Positions 40,748 through 49,263 of a DNA stretch of 64,000 nt are shown piece by piece. A program made the position numbers and the translations under genes. The notes beneath the pieces were generated by a model that did not search any database, had not been told where the DNA came from, and saw only the letters and a program-made list of their open reading frames with translations. The first letter of the stretch is position 1; each line of letters starts with the position of its first letter. The DNA lies in the IMG/VR virus record IMGVR_UViG_3300030098_004828, positions 62,001 to 126,000 of that record. One strand, given 5' to 3'.

Positions 40748-40972
40748 ATGAATAAATTGAATCCAAAAGCATCTAGAGGAGAGCAATTACTTGTTGGTTT
40801 GATGGGTAGTGTAGAAAAATTAGGACAAGAAAATGAACTTCTTAAGATTAAATTACAAAAAAAAGAATTAATAGATGGTCCAAGAAAAAAATTAATAGTT
40901 GCACACAAAGATAGACCTGTTAAAAGAAAAGGAGGTTCTTGTGGAACTCCTAGAGGTTTAAAACGTAGATAA
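40748..40972 (+). CDS. Hypothetical basic protein (74 aa)
   Basis: Tightly packed ORF with 1-nt gaps on both sides. Confidence 0.5.
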   Translation: MNKLNPKASRGEQLLVGLMGSVEKLGQENELLKIKLQKKELIDGPRKKLIVAHKDRPVKRKGGSCGTPRGLKRR

Positions 40973-40973
40973 A

Positions 40974-41258
40974 ATGGCAAAAGAATTAAACGAGGACACA
41001 GGTTTTAAGGTTAGTATTAAAACATTAATAGGTATAGGAGTTGCAATGGCTACTGTTATTGGTATGTGGTTTGCTCTTCAAGCAGATATTGAAGAAGCTA
41101 AAATGCTTCCAGAACCTCCTGCACCAGATGTAACACGAATGGAGTTTGATATGAAGGATAAAAATATACGTCTCACTATTGAGAATACTCAGGATGATGT
41201 GACAGAGATCAAAGAAGATCTAAGACGTATAGAGGACAAAATTGATGATTTAAAATGA
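40974..41258 (+). CDS. Single-TM plus coiled-coil protein (94 aa)
   Basis: LIGIGVAMATVIGMWFAL followed by an acidic coil; ATGA overlap with the next gene. Confidence 0.55.
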   Translation: MAKELNEDTGFKVSIKTLIGIGVAMATVIGMWFALQADIEEAKMLPEPPAPDVTRMEFDMKDKNIRLTIENTQDDVTEIKEDLRRIEDKIDDLK

Positions 41259-41578
41259 AAAACTTAATAATTACCTTTTTTCTATTTGTAGGTATAACAA
41301 ATGCACAAATAGAAGTTATTCAATATAATGCGGGATGGAACGCTTCTAATGATGTAGAATGGTGTGAAGATCTTAATGATTGTGATACAGACTATGTTGA
41401 TATAATGGAAAAACCTAAACAACAAGAAAAATATAATATAGCAGTTGTACCAACTATCATTATATTTGATGATGGAGAGGAAATTAAAAGATATCAAGCA
41501 GATATTTCTTTTAGCATCAAAGCAACAAGAGAAGAGGTACAAGAATTTATAGATGAACAAATTGCAAATAAATTTTAA
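41255..41578 (+). CDS. Secreted thioredoxin-like protein lacking CxxC
   Basis: Signal peptide MKNLIITFFLFVGITNA|Q; YNAGWN...YNIAVVPTIIIFDDGEEIKRYQ matches the Trx fold; WCxxC replaced by WNASN. Confidence 0.7.
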   Translation: MKNLIITFFLFVGITNAQIEVIQYNAGWNASNDVEWCEDLNDCDTDYVDIMEKPKQQEKYNIAVVPTIIIFDDGEEIKRYQADISFSIKATREEVQEFIDEQIANKF

Positions 41579-41579
41579 A

Positions 41580-41675
41580 ATGAAAAAAATTTTATGTAAA
41601 TTATTATGTATAGTTAGTTTTAACTCTATATGTATGAAATGGTGTGGTAAATCATGCTGTAAGACCAAGAAATAG
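41580..41675 (+). CDS. Tiny Cys/Lys-rich peptide (31 aa), not in ORF track
   Basis: MKKILCKLLCIVSFNSICMKWCGKSCCKTKK fills the gap, starting 1 nt after the upstream stop. Confidence 0.4.
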   Translation: MKKILCKLLCIVSFNSICMKWCGKSCCKTKK

Positions 41676-41698
41676 TAATAACTTTTAATTAATTAATT

Positions 41699-42073
41699 AT
41701 GGCAAACTCATTAACTCCAACATTAACGTTGAACAGTAATACTGCCCCAACTAATTCACCTCCATTGGTTTTTACAGAGACTGATGTACTTGCTACAGCT
41801 GTCCCAATTGTTGAAACATCACAGGTAAGTGTTGGCACTGTTACTGCTCATCAAATTTTGGACTCAACAACACAAACTTCTGCTACATATGTGTATCTTA
41901 AAAACGAAGATACTGTTAATTCAGTGCTTGTTAAAACAGATGCTGGGGTCACTTTTGGAAAATTACATCCTGGTGAATTTATGTTCTATTGTGCAAATGT
42001 ACAAGAAGGACTAGAAGTGATAGCATTGACTGCTGATTGCGTTGTAGAAATTGGATACTGGACTAAAGCTTAG
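41699..42073 (+). CDS. Small beta-rich protein, paralog of 46534-46908
   Basis: TYVYLKNED..N.VLVKTD.G....L.PGEFMF aligns with TYVYVKNTD..N.VVLKTD.G.....GPDEFAF. Confidence 0.6.
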   Translation: MANSLTPTLTLNSNTAPTNSPPLVFTETDVLATAVPIVETSQVSVGTVTAHQILDSTTQTSATYVYLKNEDTVNSVLVKTDAGVTFGKLHPGEFMFYCANVQEGLEVIALTADCVVEIGYWTKA

Positions 42074-42077
42074 TAAT

Positions 42078-45000
42078 ATGCTTTTTAGGTATAGTCTTAT
42101 ATGGGTTGTGTTATTCCTGTGTTCCGCAGTGAATGCACAATCTACAGACTCTTGGATAAATATTCAATTACAAACAGATAATTATCCAGAGGAAACATCA
42201 TGGCAATTATATAATATTAGCGGTGGTGCAATTGCTGTTAGTGATTCTGTTTTAACAGAACTTACATTACATGACACTGTAGTAAATGTATTATCTGGAG
42301 ATTATATAATTTCTTTAGAAGATTCATGGGGTGATGGATTAGGTGGTTCTCAATGGGGAGGTTCTGATGGATCTTTTCTTATACAAAATGATTGTCAAGA
42401 TACTTTATTTTATGCAGAAGGTGACTTTGGTTTACAATTAATAGATACATTAACTATAGCTCCTTGTGCTCCTCCTATTTCAGGATGTATAGATGAACTT
42501 GCAACAAACTTTAATCCAGATGCTACTGTCTCAGATAATTCTTGCACTTATCCTCCTTGTGAAGGATGGGGAGAACCTTTTGTAGATCAAATATGTGATG
42601 GCGGTCAAGCACTTCTTTATTTTAATTGGGAAGCTTCAGATAATCCTAATTGTAATGTAATTCAAATAACTTATAGTGGTGAAAATACTAACTCTTATAA
42701 CTTTGATGTTAATATAGATAATGGTATATGGGGTGTTTATACCGGTAATGGTCAGATGCCTCCTAACTGGGAAGAGGAATATTCATTCCAAGTAATGTAT
42801 GCTGATAGTACTATGTCAGATACATTTGTACATACTCCATATCCATGTACACAAGGATGTACAGATAATGATGCTCCTAATTATAATCCATGGGCTACAG
42901 TAGATGATGGATCATGTGGAGGTCAAGCATGTGATGCGGGATACACTTCTATAACAATAGATATAACTTTAGATAATTGGCCAGGTGAAACAGGATGGTC
43001 ATTAATTAGTGGTGGTGTAATAGATGAACATATTGATGGGGACTATGACTATCAAGATATAGGTCAAACATTTTCATACTCTTATTGTGTAATGGAAGCT
43101 GGATTTGAATTTATTGTATCTGATACATATGGTGATGGTTTAGCTGGTTCAACTACAGGTGGAAGTTTAGATGGAGATATTCTTATTAGAGGTTGTAATG
43201 GAGATACAATAACTCAATTATCTTCTGGAACTTGGTTAAATGCAGCACAAGAAAATGTTGGTGTTGGTTTTGGTAGTGTAGCTTATTCAGGATGGCAAGA
43301 ACCTATTATATGTGAGACAGATGATGTTGCAGGATGTACTGATCCAACATATCAAGAATTTAATCCAGAAGCTGTTATAGATGATGGTTCATGTGTTATA
43401 GAGCATATATATGGTTGTATAAATGAAAATGCTTTTAACTATGATGAGAACGCAACAGCAATGGATATATATCCTAATTGTAATTATGAACTATGGATAG
43501 GAGATGCAGCTGCTGATGGTTGGGGTAATTCATTCTTAGGAGTTGTACAAGGAGATAATCAATGGTCATTCACAATGGGTCCAGGAGAATATGAACAAAC
43601 TTTTCCTATTTGGTTAGAAACAGATGAACCTGTGAAAATATTTTACTTTGAAGTAGGTGGAGCACAAACTCCTCCAGAAGAAGTGGCTTTTCAAACATTA
43701 CATAATTCATTTAAATTAACAAATGATAACGGAACTGTATTATTATATGAAGGATGGAATCCTTTTGCAGACAATGGTCAAGGTGCACTTCAGCCTTTTG
43801 AGCCTCCATTCTTTCAAACATATAATGCAATGCCTTTCTGTGGTACTCTTTGTATTCCTACAGTAGAAGGTTGTTTAGATTCTACAGCACTGAACTATAA
43901 TGAAGAGGCTAATACAGATGACGGTAGTTGTATAGAGATTATAGAAGGTTGTACTAATGAATTAGCTTTCAATTATGATGAAGAAGCTAACTATGATGAT
44001 GGGTCATGTGAAGCCGTAATTGTTGGTTGTATGGATTCAATAGCATGGAATTATAATGAGGATGCTAACACAGATGGTGGTGATTGTATATATTTAGGTT
44101 GCACTGATTCTTCAGCATGCAACTTCAATCCAAATGCTAATGCAGACAGTGGAGGATGCACTTATCCTGATCAATACTATAATTGTAATGATGTATGTAT
44201 AAATGATGCTGACTCAGATGGAGTATGTGATGAGCTTGAAATACTAGGATGTACTAGTATAGCTGCCATTAACTATAACCCGGAAGCAACTGATGATGAT
44301 GGTAGTTGTGTTGGTGTAGTATACGGTTGTACAGATCCCACTGCTTTTAATTATGACGCTACAGCTAATACAGACAATGGTTCATGTGTACCTGTAATAT
44401 ACGGATGTATAGATGACACAGCATATAATTATGACCCAGCTGCCAATACAGACAATGGAACTTGTATAGAATATGTATATGGTTGTACTGATACAACAGC
44501 TCTTAACTTTGATCCTTTAGCAAATACATTAGACAATTCATGTTGTTATCTTGGAGGATGTACTGATACCACTGCACTAAATTATGATTCAGATGCTTGT
44601 TTTGATGATGGCAGTTGTGTAGTTATAATAGAAGGATGTGCTGATCCTAATGCATATAACTATGATCCGCTAGTTAACTTACCAGATAACAGTACATGTC
44701 TTTATGATGCTGGTTGTTATGGTGGACCAGGTCAACCTTATTGGTTAAATGATCCTTGTTATGCTTGGGTTATAGATGTAGACAGTTATTGTTGTACTTC
44801 TATATGGGATGAAACCTGTCAGGCCATGTATAACTATTGTGAAGATGGTTGGCCTGTAGATCTAAATGAACTATCAGGTAGTGATATAGTTGTTTATCCT
44901 AATCCTACAGCAAACATTTTTAATATAGAAACAAGATTAGATGTTAATGTAGAACTATATAACATGATAGGTGAACTTATAAATACAGATAATATTAAAA

Positions 45001-45092
45001 GAATAGATTTATCAGATAAACCGGATGGTGTTTATAATCTCATTATTACATATGATAAAATAAGAATAACTAAGAAAATAATTAAATTATGA
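42078..45092 (+). CDS. Type IX secretion system (T9SS) cargo protein with 14 Cys-rich GCxD...NY...A..D.GSC repeats
   Basis: Probable start at Met 42078 gives Sec signal MLFRYSLIWVVLFLCSAVNA|Q. C-terminal IVVYPNPTANIFNIE...VELYNMIG...IDLSDKPDGVYNLII...KKIIKL is a type A T9SS sorting domain. Confidence 0.85.
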   Translation: MLFRYSLIWVVLFLCSAVNAQSTDSWINIQLQTDNYPEETSWQLYNISGGAIAVSDSVLTELTLHDTVVNVLSGDYIISLEDSWGDGLGGSQWGGSDGSFLIQNDCQDTLFYAEGDFGLQLIDTLTIAPCAPPISGCIDELATNFNPDATVSDNSCTYPPCEGWGEPFVDQICDGGQALLYFNWEASDNPNCNVIQITYSGENTNSYNFDVNIDNGIWGVYTGNGQMPPNWEEEYSFQVMYADSTMSDTFVHTPYPCTQGCTDNDAPNYNPWATVDDGSCGGQACDAGYTSITIDITLDNWPGETGWSLISGGVIDEHIDGDYDYQDIGQTFSYSYCVMEAGFEFIVSDTYGDGLAGSTTGGSLDGDILIRGCNGDTITQLSSGTWLNAAQENVGVGFGSVAYSGWQEPIICETDDVAGCTDPTYQEFNPEAVIDDGSCVIEHIYGCINENAFNYDENATAMDIYPNCNYELWIGDAAADGWGNSFLGVVQGDNQWSFTMGPGEYEQTFPIWLETDEPVKIFYFEVGGAQTPPEEVAFQTLHNSFKLTNDNGTVLLYEGWNPFADNGQGALQPFEPPFFQTYNAMPFCGTLCIPTVEGCLDSTALNYNEEANTDDGSCIEIIEGCTNELAFNYDEEANYDDGSCEAVIVGCMDSIAWNYNEDANTDGGDCIYLGCTDSSACNFNPNANADSGGCTYPDQYYNCNDVCINDADSDGVCDELEILGCTSIAAINYNPEATDDDGSCVGVVYGCTDPTAFNYDATANTDNGSCVPVIYGCIDDTAYNYDPAANTDNGTCIEYVYGCTDTTALNFDPLANTLDNSCCYLGGCTDTTALNYDSDACFDDGSCVVIIEGCADPNAYNYDPLVNLPDNSTCLYDAGCYGGPGQPYWLNDPCYAWVIDVDSYCCTSIWDETCQAMYNYCEDGWPVDLNELSGSDIVVYPNPTANIFNIETRLDVNVELYNMIGELINTDNIKRIDLSDKPDGVYNLIITYDKIRITKKIIKL
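43868..44700 (+). repeat. Tandem protein-level repeats (GCxDxxAxNYxxxAxxDDGSC), 10 units in this stretch
   Basis: Counted by eye in the translation; four further dispersed units lie between about 42480 and 43470. Confidence 0.85.
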
Positions 45093-45280
45093 AATATTTA
45101 GCAGCATTATGGGTTTTAGTTATTGTAGGTTGTGGATTATTTAATCCTGCAAAATACAATCCTAATCCCACACCAGTAGTAAAAGACTGTTGTCCTAAAG
45201 ATTCAATTAGAGTTGATACAATAAGATTAACAAACGGAGTAGATCATATTATAATGTTAGATACAGTTAAAGTAAAATGA
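45089..45280 (+). CDS. Small lipoprotein (63 aa)
   Basis: MKYLAALWVLVIVG|C lipobox-like signal; ATGA overlaps on both sides. Confidence 0.6.
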   Translation: MKYLAALWVLVIVGCGLFNPAKYNPNPTPVVKDCCPKDSIRVDTIRLTNGVDHIIMLDTVKVK

Positions 45281-46335
45281 GAATAATTTTGTCCATATTA
45301 TTACTTTTATCATTTACGATAAATGCACAAGAAGAAAGTAAGTTTAAAAAAGAACTTAAAAAGACTTTCAAGTTTTCTACATTCTATGCTGCAGTAAATG
45401 GTGGTACTTCTATTTCAGATCAGAATACATATTCTATATTAGATGGACTTCAAACCGATGTAATAGAAACCCCATTTGACTATGCCTTAACCCTAGGTAT
45501 AAGAAAGATACAAAGATTTGGTTACGAAAATAAAGCTAAAAGCTTTAAAGATGGTACAGAATCTTCTTATTCTGATGCCGCTACTATTGGACGAACTAAA
45601 GGTTTTGAGTTTTTATTTGAGATGGACTACCAAAGAAAGTTTGGTGATACATACATAGACCAGAACCACTTTCTACGATACCTAGCAGATAAATGGGTTG
45701 TTAAGGTAGAGTATCTACAGGATGGCTTTGCTGATGTAGAGTACATGGAAGCATCACAACGATATAGACAAAAGATAGGTAAGAGACTTTCCCTTACTGC
45801 AGGGACAGCACAGAGGATCTCCGAGCCTTATGGTTTTGATCCATTAGCACAATGGGTGTTATCCAACGGAAACCTACACTACACAAACCTTGCTTTAGAA
45901 GAAGGGTACACAATTGGCTTTGCACCAACAGGAATAGAGTATATAGACCCTAATGGAGCAGTCGTGGCTACAAGTACTGAAGTTTGGGAAGAGGTGGTGA
46001 TTCCACAAATGCTTGATGACTATGTTAAATCTAGTAAAGACGCATTACCTGTGCAATGGTGTCACTCTTTGGTAATTGGGTTTGACTACTATTATTATAA
46101 AAAGGATATTTGGTTACACTCCTGGGGCAACATCCTTCCTTATCATTTAAATACAGGAGGAGACTATTCATATCATAATTTTAATGGAGGTAATTGGATA
46201 GACTATTCAGCCGGTTTAATATTTGGATATAAGATCAATAAGAACCTTGGTGTCTTTATTGAAGGTAAATATAACAAATACTGGAATAGGGACTGGCATG
46301 ATTTCAAGTTTGGAATAAACTACATCATACTTTAA
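45277..46335 (+). CDS. Predicted outer-membrane beta-barrel protein (352 aa)
   Basis: Signal MRIILSILLLLSFTINA|Q; alternating aromatic/hydrophobic strands; C-terminal FKFGINYIIL resembles a beta-signal. Confidence 0.65.
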   Translation: MRIILSILLLLSFTINAQEESKFKKELKKTFKFSTFYAAVNGGTSISDQNTYSILDGLQTDVIETPFDYALTLGIRKIQRFGYENKAKSFKDGTESSYSDAATIGRTKGFEFLFEMDYQRKFGDTYIDQNHFLRYLADKWVVKVEYLQDGFADVEYMEASQRYRQKIGKRLSLTAGTAQRISEPYGFDPLAQWVLSNGNLHYTNLALEEGYTIGFAPTGIEYIDPNGAVVATSTEVWEEVVIPQMLDDYVKSSKDALPVQWCHSLVIGFDYYYYKKDIWLHSWGNILPYHLNTGGDYSYHNFNGGNWIDYSAGLIFGYKINKNLGVFIEGKYNKYWNRDWHDFKFGINYIIL

Positions 46336-46384
46336 TTTCTAGTATTTTTTTTGTATATTATTATATAACCAAAAATGTAAAACT

Positions 46385-46534
46385 ATGAACTGGATAAACA
46401 GTTGGCGTGAAGGTAACAAGAAAAATATTGTAGACTTCACATTTAGATTTGGGTATTTTACCCTATTAGAATTAAATTGGAACCCTGGCAAAAGCTTTAG
46501 GTTTATAATATTAAATTTTGGATTTGAAATATAA
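46385..46534 (+). CDS. Small hypothetical protein (49 aa), not in ORF track
   Basis: MNWINSWREGNKKNIVDFTFRFGYFTLLELNWNPGKSFRFIILNFGFEI; stop overlaps the next ATG (TAATG); preceded by the TTTGTATATTA motif. Confidence 0.6.
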   Translation: MNWINSWREGNKKNIVDFTFRFGYFTLLELNWNPGKSFRFIILNFGFEI

Positions 46535-46908
46535 TGGCAACAAAAGTACTAAATCTGAGTCTTAAATTATCTATAGATGGTAATTTTAATGGTTTATTTA
46601 ACCTAAATACTACAGAGGATAGTACTGTTGGTTTTGATGACACAACTGCCGCAAGTCAAACTACCACAATAACAACAGGTGGAGCAACAGTAATTGTAGC
46701 TTCTGGAGTTAGTGATATAACGTATGTATATGTAAAAAACACTGATCCTACTAATATTGTAGTATTAAAAACTGATTCTGGTACAGCTTATGCAGATGTT
46801 GGACCAGATGAATTTGCGTTTATACCTGTAAAAGGTGGTGTAGGAATAGAAGCTCAAGCAGCAGGTGGTGACTGTGTAGTTGAATATGCAACATTTAAAA
46901 AAGTTTAA
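46534..46908 (+). CDS. Small beta-rich protein, paralog of 41699-42073
   Basis: Shared TYVYxKNxD motif and C-terminal A..(G/A)DCVVE. Confidence 0.6.
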   Translation: MATKVLNLSLKLSIDGNFNGLFNLNTTEDSTVGFDDTTAASQTTTITTGGATVIVASGVSDITYVYVKNTDPTNIVVLKTDSGTAYADVGPDEFAFIPVKGGVGIEAQAAGGDCVVEYATFKKV

Positions 46909-46912
46909 ACTA

Positions 46913-47245
46913 ATGAATATTGACGGATTAAAAAACGTAAAAATTACTGCTCAGAGAACTCAAATGACTTTCTGTGCAAGCTGTAAGAGTTGTCCAGCTA
47001 TTGACATCTCAAAAGAATCTGATAAAGTAGTAGTAGGAGGAGAAGATGAAGGTTACACTGAATTTACAAAAGAACAGTTTGCTCTTTTTGTAAAGACTGT
47101 TAAAGAAGGTGCTTATGATAGATTTTTAGATAAAGAATGTATATGCGGAGGGACCTCTAACGAAGATGGTTCTTGTGATGAATCTCATGCTAATGTATGT
47201 GCTGAACCACAAGATCAGAACGAAGATGTTCCCTTTGGAGATTAA
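46913..47245 (+). CDS. Small Cys-containing protein with a C-terminal CDGSH-like Fe-S motif
   Basis: Probable start at Met 46913. CASCKSCP...FTKEQFALFVKTVKEG (DUF397-like), then CICGGTSNEDGSCDESH (CDGSH-like). Confidence 0.55.
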   Translation: MNIDGLKNVKITAQRTQMTFCASCKSCPAIDISKESDKVVVGGEDEGYTEFTKEQFALFVKTVKEGAYDRFLDKECICGGTSNEDGSCDESHANVCAEPQDQNEDVPFGD

Positions 47246-47267
47246 TAATAATTAAAATTTTAAAGTT

Positions 47268-47708
47268 ATGCCAAGAAATATAAAAGGAAAATATCCTACT
47301 TACAAAAGTGCTGCTACAGGCAGAGAAATGCGTGTACCAGGAATGAAAATGGCTCAAGATGGTGATCCTGGACAAGCATTTATTGAAAAAGCAAATACAA
47401 ATAATGTTGGTGAAGAAACTAAGTACATGGGAAATGTTGGTCAAGATACTCAACTATCAGATGCAGAAATCAAAATGATTCAAATGAAGAATACTGAAGA
47501 TGCTATGGCTAAGATGAATTATGGACCTGCAGGTGGACCACAAACAGTGGTAGGTTCTCCTGGTGGTTTTGTTCCAGCTACTCAACAAGGTGTAAATGTA
47601 ACCGCACCAGCTCATGAAGGGGTTCATACTACAGATCCTAATATGTTGAGATCTGGTGGAACTCCAAAGAAAAAATTTGGAGGAGCAGGACGTAATGGTA
47701 TTTTATAA
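47268..47708 (+). CDS. Hypothetical protein with GG-motifs (putative virion cargo)
   Basis: KMAQDG, RSGG and C-terminal FGGAGRNGIL. Confidence 0.5.
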   Translation: MPRNIKGKYPTYKSAATGREMRVPGMKMAQDGDPGQAFIEKANTNNVGEETKYMGNVGQDTQLSDAEIKMIQMKNTEDAMAKMNYGPAGGPQTVVGSPGGFVPATQQGVNVTAPAHEGVHTTDPNMLRSGGTPKKKFGGAGRNGIL

Positions 47709-47720
47709 AAATGAAGTGTT

Positions 47721-47990
47721 ATGAGTATATTTAATAAAATATTTAGAAAAAGAAAAAAAGAATTTGGAACAAGAAATGAACCAATGTCTTTTAGCGAAGA
47801 TAAAGTTGTTAAAGTAACAGATTCCCGTGGTAAAACAAGAAAAACAAAAGTGAAGAATGAACACGGAAAGTTTAAAGATAAGATGGATAAATATGGGAAT
47901 GTTAAAAAACAAGTAACTTGGATAGACGGTAAAAGAACTGTTGAAAAATTTAATACTGGAGGGGCAGTAGGGCCCAATAACATTTTATAA
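47721..47990 (+). CDS. Small basic protein with C-terminal GG motif
   Basis: Lys-rich; ends FNTGGAVGPNNIL. Confidence 0.5.
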   Translation: MSIFNKIFRKRKKEFGTRNEPMSFSEDKVVKVTDSRGKTRKTKVKNEHGKFKDKMDKYGNVKKQVTWIDGKRTVEKFNTGGAVGPNNIL

Positions 47991-48005
47991 ACTAAAATAT
48001 AAAAT

Positions 48006-48401
48006 ATGAGTATACTAAAAAAGATTTTTTCAGGCGCAGGAAGTCAGCTTGTAGAATCAGTTGGTGGTGTAATAGATAATTTAGTAACAACAGATGATGA
48101 AAAGAAAGAAGCTAAGAGGAAGCTCAAGGAACTTATCTTAAATCATGAAGCTCAAATGGAAAAGAACATTACTGACCGTTGGACGGCAGATATGAATTCT
48201 GATTCCTGGTTAAGTAAGAATGTAAGACCTATGGTTCTTATATTTTTAATTGTATGCACCATGCTTTTAATATTTATTGATGCAGGCGCATTAAGTTTTG
48301 AAGTAGAAGAAAAATGGACAGATTTACTTCAGTTAGTACTAATTACAGTAATTGGTGCTTATTTTGGTGGAAGAACTGCAGAAAAATTTAAAAAGAAATA
48401 G
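48006..48401 (+). CDS. Holin-like protein (GTA-type 3TM holin family)
   Basis: DRWTADMNSDSWLSKNVRPMVLIFL...LLQLVLITVIGAYFGGRTAEK pattern with hydrophobic helices. Confidence 0.7.
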   Translation: MSILKKIFSGAGSQLVESVGGVIDNLVTTDDEKKEAKRKLKELILNHEAQMEKNITDRWTADMNSDSWLSKNVRPMVLIFLIVCTMLLIFIDAGALSFEVEEKWTDLLQLVLITVIGAYFGGRTAEKFKKK

Positions 48402-48403
48402 TA

Positions 48404-48532
48404 ATGGCAAAAATAGCAGCTTTTGTATATAGGGGTAGTAATAGCAAGAAAAAAAGACCAGGTGTACATAGCAAAAATGCTAGTAGATCTCAAAATGCTT
48501 ATAAAAAGCCTTATAGAGGACAAGGAAATTAA
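48404..48532 (+). CDS. Small basic peptide (42 aa), not in ORF track
   Basis: MAKIAAFVYRGSNSKKKRPGVHSKNASRSQNAYKKPYRGQGN fills the gap with 2-nt spacing on both sides; basic, with a YRGQG tail of the kind I recall from phage DNA-binding/core peptides. Confidence 0.6.
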   Translation: MAKIAAFVYRGSNSKKKRPGVHSKNASRSQNAYKKPYRGQGN

Positions 48533-48534
48533 TT

Positions 48535-49263
48535 ATGTATGTATATAATACACATCCTATGTATAATACTGGAGGTACTACACCACCCCCACCTTCCCCT
48601 AATGACGCCTATAATAAGTTTTTACAAGAACTAGAAGCGTTAAAATTTAGATATGATATAAAATCTAATCATATACCTTCAGCAGCTGATTATGGTTTAC
48701 CTGAGAATTACGATGAAATAATGGATAAAAAATATAAAGAAGCAGGTACAAATGCTAAAGATCCATTAAGAAACAGAAGAATTTATCAACATCAACAATT
48801 TAAAAAAGAATTAGAATTATTATTAAAAAGAAATAGTATCACAACTGGTACTGATGATGCAATTACAGGTGTAAATAAACTTATTCAAAAGTATGGTAAA
48901 GTTGCATCTAATTTGAATGAAACCGTTATTCCTAGAAATTGGTGGAAATCATCAGAAATTTTAGATAATATTAAAGATGCTAAAGCTAATAAATTATTAG
49001 AACAAGCAAATGAAGCTACTAAATGGCAAAAAGCAAAGAATTTTTTTGGTAAAGTTGGAAAATTTGGTGGTAAATTTTTAAGAGCAATAGATCCGTTTCC
49101 ATGGATGATAGTACCAACAACTATGGATCCTAATTATTTTGGTAATCCATATGGTGAACAACAAGCATTTAGAAAAGGAGGAAATGTACCTCCAGATTGG
49201 GCTACTTATAAAAATCCTTATTTAAAAAAGAATGCCCAAACTAAAAGCAATAATCATCATTAG
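48535..49263 (+). CDS. Hypothetical protein (242 aa) bracketed by GG motifs
   Basis: MYNTGG near the N-terminus, FRKGG near the C-terminus. Confidence 0.55.
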   Translation: MYVYNTHPMYNTGGTTPPPPSPNDAYNKFLQELEALKFRYDIKSNHIPSAADYGLPENYDEIMDKKYKEAGTNAKDPLRNRRIYQHQQFKKELELLLKRNSITTGTDDAITGVNKLIQKYGKVASNLNETVIPRNWWKSSEILDNIKDAKANKLLEQANEATKWQKAKNFFGKVGKFGGKFLRAIDPFPWMIVPTTMDPNYFGNPYGEQQAFRKGGNVPPDWATYKNPYLKKNAQTKSNNHH

